Positions 19,724-29,609 are shown, numbered from the stretch's first letter. The stretch: 64,000 nt of DNA from Candidatus Kaiserbacteria bacterium (GCA_031430855.1 JANPCG010000015.1:641-64640); one strand, 5' to 3'. Notes: generated by a model not told the origin, from the letters alone. Program-made: numbers and translations.

Positions 19724-21841
19724 TCACGCAGTCTTCAGACCTTTCCGTTCTGCAAAATCTTGATCTATCCGTTTAATGGAAAGTCCAATTTTTCCTTCGT
19801 CATTTTTTATAACAACTACCGTCAGCGCCTCTCCTTCTGTGAGAACACCATCCAGAGTCTCAAGTCGAAACGGAGCGACTTCAGAAATATGAATTAATCC
19901 TTCGTGATGTTTATCAAGTTGGGCAAACGCTCCAAAGGGTGTGATGCGTGTAACGGTAGCACATACAACCTCTCCTACTTGATATTGTTTGGTAAGCGCA
20001 GCAATTTCCTCAGCCGCTTTCTGGGCATTTTGTTTGGTGCCGGTAATATAAACCGCTCCAGAATCTTCAATCGTAATTTCAGTAACCCCGCTCTCTTGTT
20101 TTATCTTATTAATTGTTTTTCCACCACTTCCGATAACGAGACCAATCTGCTCGCGAGTAATAGTAAGCGTAATAATTTCTGGAGCTCGGGCTGAAATATT
20201 TGGGCGCGGACAATCGATAGCTTCTTTCATAACAGCGAGGATATGGAGTCGAGCGAGGCGAGTTTTGAAGAGGGCTTCGTTTAGTATCAATAATGTGACC
20301 CCGTGTACTTTGACGTCCATTTGGATGGCCGTTATTCCAACCGAGGTGCCGGCTACCTTAAAGTCCATATCTCCATATTCATCTTCTGGTCCTTGTATAT
20401 CCGTCAGAACAGCGTACTCCTCTCCTCGAATCATTACCCCCGAAGCAATACCAGCAACGGGACGAGTAATCGGAACTCCTCCATCCATGAGAGCGAGTGT
20501 GCTTGCGCACACTGCGCCCATGGAGCTCGAACCGTTACTGGAGAGAGTTTCTGATACGACTCGGATGGTGTATGGAAACTGAGTTTCAGGGGGAATTACC
20601 GGCAGAAGCGCTTTTTCAGCGAGCGCTCCATGTCCAATCATGCGGCGATTAAACCCACCTACTCTCCCCGTTTCCCCGACTGAATAAGGGGGAAAGTTGT
20701 AGTGGTGAATAAATCGTTTCGTGCCACTCTGTTCTTCGATGGTATCAATTGTTTGGGCCGACTCTTTACCGCCGAGTGTGAGTACTGCCACCATGTGCGT
20801 TTCACCCCGATAAAACGTACCACTCCCGTGAAGTACAGGACTAATTCCTCCAACACCAGCATACAGTGGACGTACTTCATCGAAGGTTCGACCGTCAGCT
20901 CGTTCATGCCGATCGAGGGCACCGCGGTGGATTTCTTCATTTACCTGTTCGTCAAAAAGTTCACCCGCGCCCTCAGGAGAAATGTTTGCTTCAGTAAGTG
21001 TTTGGAGCCACTCTTTCTTGAGGGCAGAGATATGACTTTTCCCCGTCTGCTTTGAAAATAGCGTGGCACAGAGAGTGGATGAGAAGGAACTCTTAAACAA
21101 CGCTAGTAATTGGGGGTCTGTCGGTCGCGTTTCTATGTGTCGTTTGGGCTTTCCAATTTTTTTGATGATTTCGCACTGAAAGTCTTCCAGGCGTGCGTGT
21201 AAAACACTTGCCGCTTCGAGAACAGCAGCAATGTCTTCTTCTGTCACCTCTTTCGCTGCTGCCTCAATCATAGTGATGAGTCCATGTTTGCCGCAGGCCA
21301 GTACTTCAAAAGCATGTTCTCCCGTCTCTTGCTTCGCATGACCGGGATTGATGACAATTGCTCCTGAGTCGCTACTTTGGGCAATTCTGACAGCCGCCAC
21401 AGGACCGTTAAACGGAATATCAGAAATACCTAATGCGAGCGAGGCGCCGATGATTCCTAAAACATCTGGATTGTCTTCTCCCACTGCGAGAACGGTCGCT
21501 ACAATCTGGATATCATGACGGAGAGTGTGGTCAAAGAGCGGGCGAATTGTTCTATCTATCATCCGTGCTGAGAGGATAGCTTGGTCACTTGGTTTACCTT
21601 CACGGCGCATGAAACGACTACCAAGGATGGCACCCGCCGCGTAGAACTTCTCTTCGAACTCTACAGACAGGGGTAGGTAGGGTAGGGACTGATTTGCGCG
21701 GTCACTCATAACGGCAGTAACTAATACAACCGTCTCTCCATATCTCAGTGTAATCGATCCATTTGCTTGAATTGCCCAGTCGTTCCACTCTGCAGTTAGG
21801 ATTTTTCCACCGAGGTCGAGACTAAATGTTTGAGTCGTCAT
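19724..21841 (-). CDS. pnp: Polyribonucleotide nucleotidyltransferase
   Basis: HHYNFPPYSVGE, SNGSSSM, DMDFKVAGT, KH and S1 domains. Confidence 0.96.
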   Translation of the reverse strand: MTTQTFSLDLGGKILTAEWNDWAIQANGSITLRYGETVVLVTAVMSDRANQSLPYLPLSVEFEEKFYAAGAILGSRFMRREGKPSDQAILSARMIDRTIRPLFDHTLRHDIQIVATVLAVGEDNPDVLGIIGASLALGISDIPFNGPVAAVRIAQSSDSGAIVINPGHAKQETGEHAFEVLACGKHGLITMIEAAAKEVTEEDIAAVLEAASVLHARLEDFQCEIIKKIGKPKRHIETRPTDPQLLALFKSSFSSTLCATLFSKQTGKSHISALKKEWLQTLTEANISPEGAGELFDEQVNEEIHRGALDRHERADGRTFDEVRPLYAGVGGISPVLHGSGTFYRGETHMVAVLTLGGKESAQTIDTIEEQSGTKRFIHHYNFPPYSVGETGRVGGFNRRMIGHGALAEKALLPVIPPETQFPYTIRVVSETLSSNGSSSMGAVCASTLALMDGGVPITRPVAGIASGVMIRGEEYAVLTDIQGPEDEYGDMDFKVAGTSVGITAIQMDVKVHGVTLLILNEALFKTRLARLHILAVMKEAIDCPRPNISARAPEIITLTITREQIGLVIGSGGKTINKIKQESGVTEITIEDSGAVYITGTKQNAQKAAEEIAALTKQYQVGEVVCATVTRITPFGAFAQLDKHHEGLIHISEVAPFRLETLDGVLTEGEALTVVVIKNDEGKIGLSIKRIDQDFAERKGLKTA

Positions 21842-21945
21842 AGTGTGTGTATGTTATGAAGTGGTGAATTGAGCAGTGCGTTGATTGCGTTGTATACCCG
21901 TCATGTGTATATTTTGCTCTTGAATAAATACGCCTGAGTATAACA

Positions 21946-21985
21946 AAAACACCCCTCCGACGCATGTTGCGTCGGAGGGGTGTTT
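21946..21985 (-). terminator. Intrinsic terminator after the NYN gene
   Basis: aaaaacacccctccgacgc-atgtt-gcgtcggaggggtgtttt hairpin. Confidence 0.75.
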
Positions 21986-21997
21986 TATTAATTCTCA

Positions 21998-22591
21998 TTA
22001 GAGATTATCGGTATCGGTACCGACAACTTTCTTAAGAGTTTTTCGGAGCGCGTTGGTGTTGTTATTCCGCTTGTGGCCGCCACCTTTATACCCGATCAAA
22101 AATTCGTGCGGGTTTTCATCCATGTCGATGAAGTCATCAACGGTCTCACGTAACTTGCCTGAAGCTGATCGTCCAAAGGTTATGACTTCAACCTGACAGC
22201 CCTGACTTTTAACATACTCTGCGAGTGGAATAAAATCTCCGTCCCCTGTTGCTAATACAATTGCGTCAACTTTGTGGGCGAGCTTAATTGCGTCAACCGC
22301 CATCCCGACATCCCAGTCAGCTTTTTTTGCGCCACCGTAAAAAATCTGTAGGTCCTTCGTTTTGATTTCAATACCAATCTTTTCAAGTGCTCCAAAAAAA
22401 GCGTTCTCTTCCCCGCTTTCAGTATTTACGACGTATGAGAGGGCGCGAATTAATTTTCGATTTCCGAGTGCGGCATGAACAACTGCTCCAAAATTCACTT
22501 TTGACTTGTAGAGATTTTTTGCGCTGTGATATAGATTTTGTGTGTCGATTAAAATGGCCACTCGTTGTTCGTCGTGTCTGATGACTCCCAT
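21998..22591 (-). CDS. NYN (LabA/DUF88) PIN-fold nuclease
   Basis: ILIDTQNL, KKADWDVGMAVD, ATGDGDF. Confidence 0.9.
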   Translation of the reverse strand: MGVIRHDEQRVAILIDTQNLYHSAKNLYKSKVNFGAVVHAALGNRKLIRALSYVVNTESGEENAFFGALEKIGIEIKTKDLQIFYGGAKKADWDVGMAVDAIKLAHKVDAIVLATGDGDFIPLAEYVKSQGCQVEVITFGRSASGKLRETVDDFIDMDENPHEFLIGYKGGGHKRNNNTNALRKTLKKVVGTDTDNL

Positions 22592-22695
22592 ATAAAAATT
22601 ATTAGTGTTCTATTATTAAAAATGTTCCCTTAACTCACCTCGTTTTACTATACGCCAAAAAATAAAAAAGCTCCAGGGTAGTGGAGCTTTTTTAT

Positions 22696-22962
22696 TTAGC
22701 GCTTGAGTCCAAGCTTCTTGATAAGAGCTTCGTAGGCTGTTGCGCTCTTTCGTTCAAGATATTTCAGGTGAGCTCGACGGTCGGCAACAAGTTGCAAGAG
22801 ACCGCGGCGTGAGTGAAAATCTTTTTTGTGTTTACGCAGGTGCGTAGAGAGGTCCTCAATCTGACGAGTGAGTAATGATACCTGAGCTTCTGGAGAACCA
22901 GTGTCGGTGTCATGACGTTTTGTTGTCTTGAGAACATTTTCTTTTACTCGTTTTGTTAACAT
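22696..22962 (-). CDS. rpsO: 30S ribosomal protein S15
   Basis: DTGSPEAQV, HKKDFHSRRGLL. Confidence 0.97.
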   Translation of the reverse strand: MLTKRVKENVLKTTKRHDTDTGSPEAQVSLLTRQIEDLSTHLRKHKKDFHSRRGLLQLVADRRAHLKYLERKSATAYEALIKKLGLKR

Positions 22963-23216
22963 AAATATAAATATTGTGGTGATAAAGATATATTAGATAC
23001 CTGTAGAGTTACAGACTATACCGCTACCTCCATTTAATAACCTGCGAAGGTGACTTATATTATAGCATATCCTTCAAAAAATGCAAGTATACACCCTATC
23101 ATTCTGGCTTTGTCAAAAAAGTGAGTCGGTAGGTATGCATACGCGAAGATTGGTTAATCATAAAAAGAAACCGACCCCAGGGGGGTCGGCGACAGTGAGT
23201 CGAGGTGGTGACCATG

Positions 23217-23459
23217 TTAGCGATATTGCGCTTTGATGATGTTTTGGTATTCATCATAGCTCGAGAAAGGAATTGGCTGATTTCCTATTCCCGTAATCAT
23301 GCCTGACAGTGAGTGTCGGACGTTGTGCGTACGCCACGCTTCCTTGCATCGGTGGTCACAAAAGTAGAGACCACCGAGTACTGCGTCAGCGATATAGGCA
23401 TGTGAACCGTCCCCTTTGATGGAGATGTTGGTTTCGCAGTGGCGACATTGTGTGTGCAT
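23217..23459 (-). CDS. Small Cys-rich putative Zn-binding protein
   Basis: CRHC...FCDHRC in an 80-aa ORF followed by a hairpin terminator. Confidence 0.55.
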   Translation of the reverse strand: MHTQCRHCETNISIKGDGSHAYIADAVLGGLYFCDHRCKEAWRTHNVRHSLSGMITGIGNQPIPFSSYDEYQNIIKAQYR

Positions 23460-23537
23460 GACAATCCCCGGTTGATAATCCTGCACTAAGATGTCATAGC
23501 TCGCACAATGAGTCAAGCGAGTATGTGTCCGCATTAT

Positions 23538-24236
23538 TTAAAAGATCATGTGGGATGCTTCGTCGCGAATCGAAGCGTAGGAAATAATTTCATTTGGAAT
23601 TGCAGTTTGAAAAGGGTTTTGTTCTACGGTAAATTTTACAATTTCTGCGGTAGAGGCTCCGGCCCAAGCAAGCCAAATTTTTTCTATGTGTTTCAATTCT
23701 TTAGCACTCAAAAGAGAGAGAGATTTTTTGTTCGAGCCTCTCGTTTCTTCAATCTCGTACATATGATAATCATCACGATAGATTTGTTTGATGGTGATAG
23801 TTCCGTTTTGCTCCAAGTCATCAAGGAGGCGAAAGTACACATCCGCGACCGGTCCAAATTCACCGCGTCGGTACTGTATGCCACTCATGCTTTTGTTCGT
23901 CAGGTAGTACCATGAAAAATCCGCGATATATAATAATTTTGCCAACTTGGTTTTTTTAATTGACTGTTTGGATTTTTTAGCTTCTCGCAAATATGCGAGG
24001 AGCATTTGTTGATACCGAGCTATGTTTGGCGCCTCAGTTTCAAGTAGGGCGTCAAGCGTAATCCCGAATAATTTTGTCAGGCTGGACGCCTCGGCCAAAG
24101 TAAGTTCTTTGGTTCCCTTTTCAACTGCGACATAGGAAGCGCGGGACATGTTGGTATGTTTCGCTACCTGGACTTGCGCGAGGTTTCGTTCATCTCGAAG
24201 AAATTTAATCAGGTGTGCATATGAAGTTTTTTTCAT
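23538..24236 (-). CDS. XRE HTH fused to DUF4065 (SocA/Panacea) antitoxin-like domain
   Basis: N-terminal HTH_3; KTKLAKLLYIADF...FGPV Panacea signature. Confidence 0.85.
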   Translation of the reverse strand: MKKTSYAHLIKFLRDERNLAQVQVAKHTNMSRASYVAVEKGTKELTLAEASSLTKLFGITLDALLETEAPNIARYQQMLLAYLREAKKSKQSIKKTKLAKLLYIADFSWYYLTNKSMSGIQYRRGEFGPVADVYFRLLDDLEQNGTITIKQIYRDDYHMYEIEETRGSNKKSLSLLSAKELKHIEKIWLAWAGASTAEIVKFTVEQNPFQTAIPNEIISYASIRDEASHMIF

Positions 24237-24321
24237 AGAAATACAGAGGAAGTTACTTCCATAGTGTACCGTAACAAAGAAGAATATGTGTCAATTTTAT
24301 TAACACCATGTGTCACTTTTG

Positions 24322-26739
24322 TTACCTCTTTATATCACTTAGTCCGAGTGTAATTACGTCCCCGCTTTTGATAGTTCCTGAAATAATACGTGAAGCGATA
24401 GCATCTTCAATCGTGTCTTGAATCACCCGTCCCATAGCGCGAGCACCAAATTGTTCATCATAACCCGCTTCTGATATATGAGAAATTAGTTCCGGTTCAA
24501 TTTCCAAGGTGTAGCCTTCCTTGGCTACACGTGCAGTGAGGTCACGGAGTAAGAGAGCGGCAATTTTTTCTTGTTCAGGGCGTGTGAGCGATTCAAAAAT
24601 TATTGTGTTATCAAACCGATTAATTAATTCCGGTCTAAAAATTCCGGCTTTAATAATTCCGGCAATAATTTCAATCTCGAGAGCTGGTGCTGCTCCTCGA
24701 TTATTTTTGGTTCGGGCAATCAGATCACTTCCTGCGTTACTGGTAGCAATCAGTATTGTGTTGCGTACATTAACGCGCTCTCCTCGGTGGCTGGTGAAAA
24801 AACCCTCGTCAAGAATTTGGAGAAACAAGTCATGAACCATCTGATGTGCTTTTTCAAACTCATCAAACAGAACAACGGCATACGGATGTTCATGAAACGC
24901 ATCAGTCAGTACCCCGCTGTTTTGGTCGTCACCAATCAGATGTGCGAGAGCTGTTTCATTGCTATATTCAGACATGTCAAATCGAACAAGGGCCGTCTCA
25001 TCACCAAAAAATACATACGCAAGCGCTTTCGCTGTTTCTGTCTTTCCAACACCCGTTGGTCCGAGAAAGAGAAATGAACCAATTGGTTTATCTGCTCGTT
25101 CAATCGAGACGCGAGCGCGGCGCATGGTTTTTGCTAACGCCGTAATGGCTGCACCTTGTCCAACGATGCGGGTGTGTAACACGTCTTCAAGGTGGAGTAA
25201 CTGATCACGTTCGGTGTCAGTGACAGGGCCGGTTGGGATTCCCGTCTTGTCCCCCAAGAGCTGGCCCACATACGTTTCAGTAATAGTTTTTGTGTTGCTT
25301 CGTGCTCCTATTTCTGCTACCTCTGATAAAAATTGAATTGCACGTTCAGGCATGTCGCCTACGGTAAGGTACCGCTCAGAGCCGCTCGCGATTTTTGCTA
25401 TTGCTGCGTAGGTAAATCGAATACCATAGTAGGCTTCCTTTTTAATCACCAATGGTTCAAGGATAGTGATGGTTTCCTCGACACTGGCTGGTTCAATCAA
25501 GATTTCTTCGAATCTTCTAATAAAGAGCGCATTATTTTCCAAGTGTTGGTGATAAGTGTCAGGCGAGTCGGTCGCCAAAAGGTGAAGTGTCGGAAGGGTC
25601 AAATAAGAATCCAATAAGGTGGTCATATCTACTCCTCGGGCTTTGGTTGCTAAGAGGACCTGGCTCAGGTTAGGAATAATAATTGCATGGTTCCCCGCTC
25701 GTGCAGCCCCACTGAGTATCCGATGGAGCATTAATTCAAATTGGGTGGCTTCGGGGAGTTTTGCCATTAGTCGTTCAATATCAAGAACACTAAAATGGAG
25801 TGACCGAAGCGCATTTAATCCACCACCTCGCGTTATTTTTTTAGCAGCGTGCGCAATAATTCCTAAAGTACCTACCCCTGGGTTGCCAATAAGGAGTACG
25901 TTGGCTGCTCGACTGCGGGCCAAAGCAACTTCAATTTTTTCAATAGCAGCTTTTTGTTCAGTTGAGGTACCTCCCGTTTCAGTGTCCGCAGGTAACCGAG
26001 AAAGTGGCTTTGAAAATTCTTGTAGTTCGTATGGAATACCCTCGGATAACGCACTACCAAGTGCGCCGAGTCGTGACAGCTGATCTCTTCCCCACCAGCG
26101 CTGCTTTCGTACACTATGTTCGTGTGTCTTGGTAACAAAGCGGGTCGTGGCGAGAAACATTGTTTCATCGCAGCCAGCCTGGGTGCATACTGTGCGAAAA
26201 CCAGAATCATATATATATATGTATGTTGCAATATCTACAACGGTAGTCATTCGCTCGGACTGCAGTGGGACTTCGGTAGCCGCTAATTTCATACGGGCAG
26301 CAGTGAGGTAGGCACTGATTGCTTCGGGAGTAATTTCGCAACGCTCAATTATTTCTTTACCCATAGCGGTTCCCCAAAAACCACTCACGATATCACTTTT
26401 ATTCGAGAGGAGAATCAAGGCCGCTCTGTAGGTTAGTCCGGTGTAGATTTTATTAGCGCTGTTTCTAATTGAATCAAATCCGCGAAAATAAAAACTATTA
26501 TGGTAACAATATAAAAGAACCTGCTCTAGCCAGAGCCCAAAAAACAATAATGAAATTCCAAACCAGAGCGGGAGCGGTAGTGCTAATGAAAATATAAACG
26601 TTGCTAAAAATGTCGTGATAGAAATTAAAAATACACAGAAAAATACGATGCGGAGTCTCTGCATCACGCTACGGGGGAGAATACGACTGAGTCTGATAAT
26701 GGGTTCGAAGCTCTGCAATTCTGAGTTAATAGTTTTCAT
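24322..26739 (-). CDS. Membrane-anchored ClpA/ClpB-family AAA+ ATPase
   Basis: Two N-terminal TM helices; NBD2 GPTGVGKT, FDEFEKA, RPELINR; NBD1 Walker A degenerate (GNPGVGTL). Confidence 0.88.
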   Translation of the reverse strand: MKTINSELQSFEPIIRLSRILPRSVMQRLRIVFFCVFLISITTFLATFIFSLALPLPLWFGISLLFFGLWLEQVLLYCYHNSFYFRGFDSIRNSANKIYTGLTYRAALILLSNKSDIVSGFWGTAMGKEIIERCEITPEAISAYLTAARMKLAATEVPLQSERMTTVVDIATYIYIYDSGFRTVCTQAGCDETMFLATTRFVTKTHEHSVRKQRWWGRDQLSRLGALGSALSEGIPYELQEFSKPLSRLPADTETGGTSTEQKAAIEKIEVALARSRAANVLLIGNPGVGTLGIIAHAAKKITRGGGLNALRSLHFSVLDIERLMAKLPEATQFELMLHRILSGAARAGNHAIIIPNLSQVLLATKARGVDMTTLLDSYLTLPTLHLLATDSPDTYHQHLENNALFIRRFEEILIEPASVEETITILEPLVIKKEAYYGIRFTYAAIAKIASGSERYLTVGDMPERAIQFLSEVAEIGARSNTKTITETYVGQLLGDKTGIPTGPVTDTERDQLLHLEDVLHTRIVGQGAAITALAKTMRRARVSIERADKPIGSFLFLGPTGVGKTETAKALAYVFFGDETALVRFDMSEYSNETALAHLIGDDQNSGVLTDAFHEHPYAVVLFDEFEKAHQMVHDLFLQILDEGFFTSHRGERVNVRNTILIATSNAGSDLIARTKNNRGAAPALEIEIIAGIIKAGIFRPELINRFDNTIIFESLTRPEQEKIAALLLRDLTARVAKEGYTLEIEPELISHISEAGYDEQFGARAMGRVIQDTIEDAIASRIISGTIKSGDVITLGLSDIKR

Positions 26740-27134
26740 AGTAGTGATGTAATGCAGATATATCCACCACTCACGAGAGCACCAAAAGACACAATCGGAG
26801 CAATCAGCCAAAAAGCATACCCAGTGAGACTTACAAACGTAAGTAGAGATAGGGTTGTGACACCACAGAGTAAAAGGCTGGCTCGAATACATGCGCCAAG
26901 AATACGAGAGAGTGTATTGATAATAAACGCGCTTGACCAGGCAGCAATATCAAATATACGACTCGGCGGTTCGGTGATTCGGCGAAAGGGAGAAAAAAGA
27001 GTCCTGACTAATGTCGACATAGAGAAAAACTCCGTCACGAACCAGGCGAGGTTTCGATAAATCCGCACGTACAGTACTAACGCGTACCCATAGTGCCACA
27101 ACAGATAATGTTGAAGAACACTTACGAAGAACAT
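26736..27134 (-). CDS. Small membrane protein translationally coupled to the Clp ATPase
   Basis: ATGA stop/start overlap; TLFSPFRR motif and hydrophobic helices. Confidence 0.75.
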   Translation of the reverse strand: MFFVSVLQHYLLWHYGYALVLYVRIYRNLAWFVTEFFSMSTLVRTLFSPFRRITEPPSRIFDIAAWSSAFIINTLSRILGACIRASLLLCGVTTLSLLTFVSLTGYAFWLIAPIVSFGALVSGGYICITSLL

Positions 27135-27249
27135 AATGTGTGGTATTAGTATACCGCATCAACATGCCAGAAATTATAGTTTCGTGGATACATATATACA
27201 AAAACAACCTGCGGCTTGCCGCAGGTTGTTTTTGTTCTACGTGAGTAGA

Positions 27250-27450
27250 TTATGCACGACGTACGTTAGTAGCCGCTGGTCCTTTTGGACCGTCTTCGAG
27301 ATCAAAAGTGATTTTGTCACCTTCGTTAAGCTCATCGTAGATGTTATCAACTACTGATTGTGCGTGGAAGAAAACATCCTTTCCGCCATCATCTGGAGTG
27401 ATGAAGCCGTATCCGTTATCTTTCTTCATTCGTGCGATTGTTCCTGTCAT
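27250..27450 (-). CDS. Cold-shock domain protein
   Basis: GYGFI, DVFFH, GPKGPAATNV. Confidence 0.95.
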   Translation of the reverse strand: MTGTIARMKKDNGYGFITPDDGGKDVFFHAQSVVDNIYDELNEGDKITFDLEDGPKGPAATNVRRA

Positions 27451-27588
27451 TTTGTTTGGTTTATTTTATTAACACAAAACTTCACTACGCCTGACCACTC
27501 GTTACCTTGCTTTGAGGGAGTTATTGTTTCGCTAGTAGTATTAAAGCACATTCATAAAAAAGCACAAGCAAATTCCCCGCTCAAGCGA

Positions 27589-27822
27589 CTAAAGTTTTTC
27601 TATCTCCTTTAAATCATGGTCTGGCAAATACAGAATCAAAAAACCCATCACAATACAGATTACCCCAATTAACCAGTTCGTAGCGTCGCCGAAGAACATA
27701 ATACTCACGGTGTCGATTAAGGCCCAAATACCACGCCAAATCAGTACAATCCCAACAATTATCCCAAAATTCTTTACAAAATAACGTAACGTATGATGAG
27801 CGTGTGAATGGGATAGATTCAT
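27589..27822 (-). CDS. Small two-TM membrane protein
   Basis: VGIVLIWRGIW hydrophobic ORF with an upstream -10 element. Confidence 0.65.
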   Translation of the reverse strand: MNLSHSHAHHTLRYFVKNFGIIVGIVLIWRGIWALIDTVSIMFFGDATNWLIGVICIVMGFLILYLPDHDLKEIEKL

Positions 27823-27901
27823 ATATAAGCAGCGTACCATAAAAATACCATTCAATCTGATGATTCTTCAACACCTGTACCCTACATGCTAGTATAAAGG
27901 A

Positions 27902-28699
27902 ATGAAAATTTACTCCTGGAACGTTAACGGTATCCGAGCGGTTCACAAAAAGGGTGATTTACAACGTTTCTTGAATACCCATGCACCTGACATTCTTTGC
28001 CTTCAGGAAACCAAAGCACATCGTGAACAGACCGACATCGATATGGGGGAGTATGAGGAATATTGGTGTTCAGCAGATAAAAAGGGCTATTCTGGGACGG
28101 CAATTTTCACTAAAATAAGCCCAGAAGAGGTGTTCTACGGTTTACCGGAGCATATTATGACAAAATATGCCTTGCTAGATGGTTATGGTGACACTACTAA
28201 AGAAGGTCGTGTAACCACCCTAGAATTTGAAAACTTCTTTGTTTCAACCGTATATACCCCGAATGCCAAGGATGATCTGTCTCGAATTCCCATGCGTCAG
28301 GCCTGGGACCCAGCCTACCTTGAATACATGCAGGAACTTGAGACGGTGAAACCGGTGATTTTTTGTGGTGATTTTAACGTGGCACACACAGAAATCGATT
28401 TAGCGCGTCCTAAGGAAAATAGTGGTAAGAAAGGTTTTACCGCAGAAGAAAGATTAGGTTTTGATGCCATGATACAGGCGGGGTTTGTTGATACACTCCG
28501 ACATCTTTATCCCACTGAGTCAGGTCTCTACACCTGGTGGTCACATTTCGGGGGAGCGCGTGAACGTAATGTTGGCTGGCGGATTGATTACGTTATGACA
28601 TCAGAAAGTCTTGTCCCGTTAGTCACCCACGCCCGGATTCATCCTGAGGTATTTGGGTCAGATCATTGCCCAGTTTCTATTGAAATATTGTTGGGTTAA
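27902..28699 (+). CDS. xth: Exodeoxyribonuclease III
   Basis: SWNVNGIRA, LQETK, GDFNVAH, GWRIDY, SDHCP. Confidence 0.95.
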   Translation: MKIYSWNVNGIRAVHKKGDLQRFLNTHAPDILCLQETKAHREQTDIDMGEYEEYWCSADKKGYSGTAIFTKISPEEVFYGLPEHIMTKYALLDGYGDTTKEGRVTTLEFENFFVSTVYTPNAKDDLSRIPMRQAWDPAYLEYMQELETVKPVIFCGDFNVAHTEIDLARPKENSGKKGFTAEERLGFDAMIQAGFVDTLRHLYPTESGLYTWWSHFGGARERNVGWRIDYVMTSESLVPLVTHARIHPEVFGSDHCPVSIEILLG

Positions 28700-28895
28700 T
28701 AAGTGAACCAAGGAGGTATTTTGAGAAGTAAATTTAATTAAAAAAGTAAGGTTTGGGATTTTCAATAAGCACACGATTCATAAAAATGTCAACTCACACG
28801 AAAGGGTGGCAAATATATGGCTATAAATATGGATAATTTTACCTTATAAAAATATTCAAAGCAGCTGTCTTTTATAAAAGACATTCGTAAATGAG

Positions 28896-28952
28896 TTATT
28901 CACAGTTATCCACTATGATGTCCTTTACACACATCTCTATAGGACATACTAT
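28896..28952 (+). promoter_or_regulatory. Tandem DnaA-box-like sites and sigma70 promoter
   Basis: TTATTCACA 28896 and TTATCCACT 28906; TTTACA-17 bp-TACTAT. Confidence 0.6.
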
Positions 28953-28958
28953 AGTTGT

Positions 28959-29365
28959 AGGCCCAGAGAGGGCGCGCAGGTAGCTCCCAGAGTTCCGCAC
29001 TAAAGTTTCTTTAGTTCAGAACCCTGGGGGAAACCCCGTAAAGAGTACATTCAAAATTAAAAGTTTTTACCTCCAAAAACTCTAACGTTCACAGAACAAA
29101 GAACCCACTAGAAGAAAGGATCGAAGTGAAATCTTCTTACAAGATTAACCAAGGTGCAGAGACGAACCAGACCTTCGTAGATATTTGCAAGCAAAATCGA
29201 TTTCAACAAAAAACATATGAGCAATAAACTAGGGACCGCTCCACCATAACGGAGCCCCACATTGAGACTACGTCTCACCAAAGAGTAACGCTCAGACGTA
29301 AAAGCCCGTAGGGATTAGCAGCCAATCATATCGATTAGCTCCTGATTCCTACGGGCTTTTCTATT
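28959..29365 (+). ncRNA. Candidate ~400-nt structured RNA of unknown family
   Basis: No long ORF; about 10 successive stem-loops with A-rich linkers between a promoter and a 61-nt terminal hairpin with U-tract. Confidence 0.5.
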
Positions 29366-29609
29366 TTCTTGCCCATATTTTCTTTGGATAGCTGTGTAAA
29401 CTGATAGTTTTATTCCTGCGTCGTATATCTAATCGCCTTAGTCATAAAACTAGCAGTTTCCTTCGCTCTTCTTTGAAAATCTGACTGAGACCAATCCAGA
29501 AATAGTTTCAAGCTACAAAAATCCTACGCAAAAATCTAGCCAATTCCCTGTTTTTGACTAAATGTAATGCTAAAATGACTCAGATCAACCTTTTGTGTCA
29601 CCCGTTCCC

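Noticed and set aside
22963-23055. S15 autoregulatory leader
   Set aside because: A leader exists, but I could not establish a convincing structure by eye
28959-29365. tmRNA, RNase P, SRP or rRNA identity
   Set aside because: No tRNA-like T-loop/acceptor ends, no GAGGAAAGTCC P4 motif, no SRP domain IV motif, no rRNA conserved blocks
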